A stretch of DNA of 64,000 nucleotides. It comes from Mytilus edulis. Lineage: Eukaryota. Where the stretch lies: contig NC_092346.1 of NCBI RefSeq assembly GCF_963676685.1, positions 55,428,001 through 55,492,000 of the forward strand, written 5' to 3'. The notes below the pieces were generated by a model that saw only the letters and a list, made by a program, of their open reading frames with translations, did not search any database and was not told the origin of the DNA. The position numbers were made by a program, and so were the translations under genes. Numbering within the stretch: the first letter of the stretch is position 1; each line of letters begins with the position of its first letter. Shown here piece after piece: positions 59,348 through 64,000 of the stretch.

Positions 59348-61339
59348 GAAAGAGGAAGACAATCGATAACAAAAGAAAATATTGGGAATAGTCAAAAATC
59401 CAAGGCACCATGAAAAATTGCTTGATAAGCAAATGTTTTAGATAGCCGTAGGAACTATCTAAAATGAAGACACAGCTGCTTACATATGTTACTCCGGATC
59501 TGTTGCATGTTCCTGTCCCAAGTCCTTATTTTTAGCACATAAATCAGGTTCTGTTTTTTTGTTAACATTTTGTACTGTCGGGACCTTTTATATCGTACTA
59601 TACGGTATGGATTTTGTTCATTGTTGAAGGTCGAACGTTAATCCATTGTTCCATATATGTCAACTTCATTTGATCTCTGGATGCTTCTTCTTATTTTTAT
59701 TACACATGAAATAAAAGTATTCTCAAGATACAATTTGTCGCCAGTCTCTATGTAAAAAGTCAGAAGTGTATACATGTAGGAAGGGACGTTGACTCAACTT
59801 ACGAGGAAAATGTCAAAAAGACTTCAACCCCACTTTAGAGCAGAAAACAGTACAAGGCCACCAATTGGTCTTCAACACAGCGAGAAAATCACGCATTTGA
59901 GTTCAGTTATGATAGTCAAAAGAACTAATAGCGGTTTTTTGTCTGACTTTTGTTAGAAACGGTTACATGTATTTTATTCAAATCTGTACGTGTGTGATGT
60001 AGGGCTTGAAATATATATTGTTGGCATAGGTCTACCAATGAAGACATTGTGTTGGTTTTTGTTTTGTTTTGGTTGCAGTTTTTGCTGTATCGATAGAAGT
60101 TTGTTTATTTTCTATTGCATTTTTAAATTGTTTCCATTTTACACTTTTCTTTACACGAAGAATTTTAGTTATTGTCCATGATATTAAATGTATGTAGAGT
60201 CGATATGACCTTAGCACTATAACTTAAAATTGCAAGTAAGGAACGAATGTAACCCTGAATTGACCGGAGATTTTAAAGATAAGTTGAATAATAAAAACAT
60301 TTGCATAGTATGATTATGTGTGAACTTAAATTCAATTAAATGTTTAACTACTTAAATGTTTTCAGTTTCTAAAACGATTAAAAGAGAATTATTTTAATCT
60401 GTTTCACTCTATACTAGCATATTAGAATTATTCTAATGCTGTAATTGATCTATTGATTGGCCAAACTATTATATTTTCGATTATCCACTGAGGTTCTCCG
60501 TGTGGTCAGACTGAGGTCAATACGTAATGTCAATTATCCAATCATTCAATCTCACCCTGCTGACAAGTTTACAACATCTGTCCTGTTCAGGTAAAGCTAG
60601 GTGTTATTGTTTTTATGTAACTGTTCAATCAATTGGATAAGATTTAAATAGTCCACATTCCGAACGTGTCTGTAATACAGGAGCATTCCTTCAAGGACAT
60701 TTGATTCAAGCAAGCGCTTTTGAAATTTTCAGTCTTCCCTTGGACCAGTCGATATATTCAGGTAGTTTATTTGGTATACAACTGGAATGCTTTGCAAGAT
60801 CACGTAGTATAAATCGTGTGAATTCGAAAATAAAATTGAAGTTTTAAGTAAAAACACCTAATATGTTAACTCAGTCTAACGTCAGATGCAGATTTTGTAT
60901 TTTTACTTTTCAGATTGCTTTTTATACGAATGTTTTAAGTTATGATTCATAGATTTATTTTATTGCTGTAAACTAATGATGAATTATCATCAGTCATTTT
61001 ATTATCAAGACTATAAGAACCCCATTGAAAATAAGCTTCTTGGTTTACATTTGACATCCTTGGGTTAAGGCATTAGAGGTACATTTAGTCACAACCATTG
61101 CTATTAATTTATCAATTTATTAATGATTATTTATTAATATTGTATTAATTTAAGTTTCCAAAGCTAATTATATATTTGTATATATACTTTTACCTAAAAG
61201 TCTTTTTATCATAAATCTTTAAACATTATTACTTACTAAATCCTTTGGTTAATTGTTTGTGTTTTTTTTGTACAGTAATTTTTTGCATTCGAACAAGCTT
61301 TTTAGTTCTCTTGTCGTCAGAGATATTATATTTTTACCA

Positions 61340-61730
61340 ATGTTATCTCTTCGTAAATTTTACGGACGCCATCACGAGTTGGTTGACCGTTATGGAATAA
61401 CCGTTTCACAAATGATATCGGATATGTTCCTTACGTCGTAACTACAATCCCCTTCCCTCTCATAAATGTGACCTACCGAATTAGATTATCAGTTACCGGA
61501 TTTGTTATCTCATAAGCAACACGACGGGTGCCACAGGTGGAGCAGGATCAGCCTGAGATCACCCCTAGTTTTTGTTGGGGTTCGTGTTGTTTATTCTTTA
61601 GTTTTCTATGTCGTGTCATGTGTACTATTTTTTGTCTGTTTGTCCTTTTCATTTTTAGCCACGGCGTTGTCAGTTTATTTTCGATTTATGAGTTTGACTG
61701 TCCCTCTGGTATCTTTCGTCCCTCTTTTAT
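61340..61730 (+). mobile_element. 3' fragment of a retroelement (possibly Penelope-like RT C-terminus plus 3' tail)
   Basis: Peptide SLRKFYGRHHELVDRYGITVSQM resembles, from recall, the end of molluscan RT ORFs; tail TGTCCCTCTGGTATCTTTCGTCCCTCTTT recurs at ~14436, ~16410 and ~17450 (-). Confidence 0.5.
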
Positions 61731-62329
61731 CTAATAATGAATTAATGCTTGCACCTTTTTTCCGTGTACATTTTCAATAGCATTGTTATATTGTATATAT
61801 TATGTAGTCTCTTAAATGCAATGTATTTATATGTACTGTGCATCATTGGATAAAGAGTACTAAACATTATAGTGACGTCAATTCGAAATTTAAAATTTTA
61901 ATTTTTTACTTATCGAAATGGATTTTAGTTCTTACAACCATTATTTACTAATTTATTCATTTTTTTGTAGGTGGTAATATTTTATTGCTTGTTTGATGAA
62001 GCAGCAAAACTACTCAATCGTATATTATATTGAAAACGCCCTTGTAACAGTTGTAAAGTTTAAAGTACAAGTTTATATTTATTCTAAAATAGTAACGCAA
62101 AGATGTCCTGTTTCGTTTGATTATTGTTAATGCGTGGGTCGCTTGTATTTTATAGTACAACCATACAAATACACAATGTATTGCTTTCTGTTGAATTCTA
62201 TACACCAAACGAAATTACTTTGTGTAAAAACCAGAACTTGATTTTGATAGTTGGAAAATGACAAAATAGCATCATGGAAGTATCAGTAAACTCCATCATA
62301 TTACAAGGACTAGGATTCAAATATTTTAT

Positions 62330-62376
62330 ATGTCAGACGTGCGTTTCGTCTACAAAAATCTCACAAGTGACGCTCG
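62330..62376 (-). mobile_element. Degenerate hammerhead-repeat copy
   Basis: Reverse strand GAGCGTCACTTGTGAGATTTTTGTAGACGAAACGCACGTCTGAC; CTGATGA box mutated. Confidence 0.6.
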
Positions 62377-62988
62377 AATAAAAAAAATAATTAAAAACTC
62401 CTACGTGACAGTTCAGTTTTTGCTTTTATTCAAGTAATACATAGCAGAAACAAACGATACTTTGCACTAAGAGGATAACAGAAAATCAACAAAAAACAGT
62501 GGATAGACAACAGACCACATCAGCCACTTACACCCGATATCGGAGAGAGGGAACAATTAAAGTGGGTAAAACACTTACAAAATACCGAACGAAATTAAAG
62601 CTGATTGCATAACTTGAATAAGGCACCATTGTAGTGGGGTTGAACCAGTTTTTTTCTGCTCAAACTCCCTTCGCTTATCAAGACCATATGTCGTAAAACT
62701 AAAACACACAACAAACAGTCCAGCTACCGACTGGATGACCTTAGAAAGAAACAAAACAGCACACAATTTGGAATTTTCCTCGCTACTATAAGAAATGACG
62801 TTTTCTACGATGGCTCTGAGGTCGTCCCGCGTCTGAGGTAGCCACAGTTATTAGTTGGATACTGCTGGATATGCGCATCTTGTTCATTAACATTAACTGA
62901 ATACAAGTAATGCATTGGGAGATTGTGCTATTTGTCAGAAAGTTAGCTGTAATGAAAACCCATACACACATACACACTTTAATCTCCT

Positions 62989-63553
62989 AACTGGGCTTGG
63001 TATAATTAAATTGTGTATTGATCTTTGGCAACAATGAAAATAAAACAAAACCCACTAATTTCACTTAAGGCGTGACCATTTGGCATTGTCCAGTTGGGGG
63101 GGGGGGGGGGGGGGGGTGACGGAGTGGATGACACAAGTTTGTTTTGTGGATTGACTACTAGTTTTCATTTGCATCTATTGCTACGCTTGCATTTTTTCAC
63201 TTTTATGCACAACTGTTTCCTGCAAGATTATAATCATGTTCAGCTCATTCATTTTCAAAAACAAATTAACTGGGCTTCGTATAATTAAATTCAGATGTAA
63301 AGGAGATAACCATGTGTATTGATCTTTGGCAACAATGAGAAGAAAACAAAACCCACTAATTTCACTTAAGGCGTGATCATTTGGCATTGTCCAGTTGGGG
63401 TGGCGGAGTGGATGACATACGTTTGTTTTGTAGATTGACTACTAGTTTTCATTTGCATCTATTGCTACGCTTGCATTTTTTCACTTTTGTGCACAACTGT
63501 TTCCTGCAAGATTATAATCATGTTCAGCTCTTTCATTTTCAAAAATAAATTAA
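62989..63553 (+). repeat. Two-copy ~280-bp tandem duplication
   Basis: Units begin AACTGGGCTT at 62989 and 63268; a long G run in copy 1 is only G5 in copy 2. Confidence 0.88.
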
Positions 63554-64000
63554 TTTTCCATAGTTAACGCGGATTACTGTTTTGAATTAATTAATAATAT
63601 AGTGTTTTTATAGTATCAGCTAGAATTGCCTGATTTAGAATTCTACAAACTGCCGACTTTTGTCGTGGTTTGTTTATGGAAGTTTTAGCATGCAATGAAT
63701 AATCTACTTCCAAAAGCATATTTTAAAAGAATGTTTATTATACTCCCAACATTGTCCTTTCATATTAGAGCAACACAAATGAAATGCAACAAGATAACAG
63801 AAAATGACGGATGTCAAATTTGGAGCAGGATTGCTTACCACACCATTAAAAACAAAAACAAAACTAACAAACAAACAAACAAACAAACATCTGATACCAC
63901 CCCTGGTTTGGGTTGGGTTGGAGTTGCTTAGTATTATGTTATGTTGTGCTTGTGTTGATTGAAGCCGGAGTTGGAATCCCAAAGAGGAAACAATGACAAT

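Noticed and set aside
62786-62977. GC-richer stretch with a possible acceptor and short ORF
   Set aside because: No recognisable protein similarity or partner exon; cannot be supported from sequence alone

Overview
AT-rich animal genomic DNA. The repeat families and minimal hammerhead ribozymes resemble those of mussels (Mytilus-like bivalve); this is an inference. The only recognisable protein-coding content is a tandem cluster of ten atypical Rho/Cdc42-like small GTPase genes. Three are intact two-exon genes that keep the G3 motif (3126-4034 +, 15115-15819 -, 54194-55724 -). One is a two-exon frameshifted copy that has already lost G3 (18386-19138 -). Six are near-identical intronless 182-aa copies with no DxxGQ/switch II motif (24222 +; 27217, 33763, 40351, 43335, 46315 -), most of them amplified in ~6.55-kb and ~2.98-kb tandem units. 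None of the ten has a CAAX box; all end in a polybasic-hydrophobic tail and a TGA stop. The sequence appears to preserve a stepwise route to a pseudo-GTPase: exon-1 shortening, then intron loss by deletion between 5-bp microhomologies. It also shows two conserved, covarying 3'UTR hairpins, four orphan promoters, a duplicated in-frame splice donor, hammerhead-ribozyme repeats (one with an intact core and stems) and several MITEs, one flanked by a ~290-bp direct duplication. Genes are numbered 1-10 by position.
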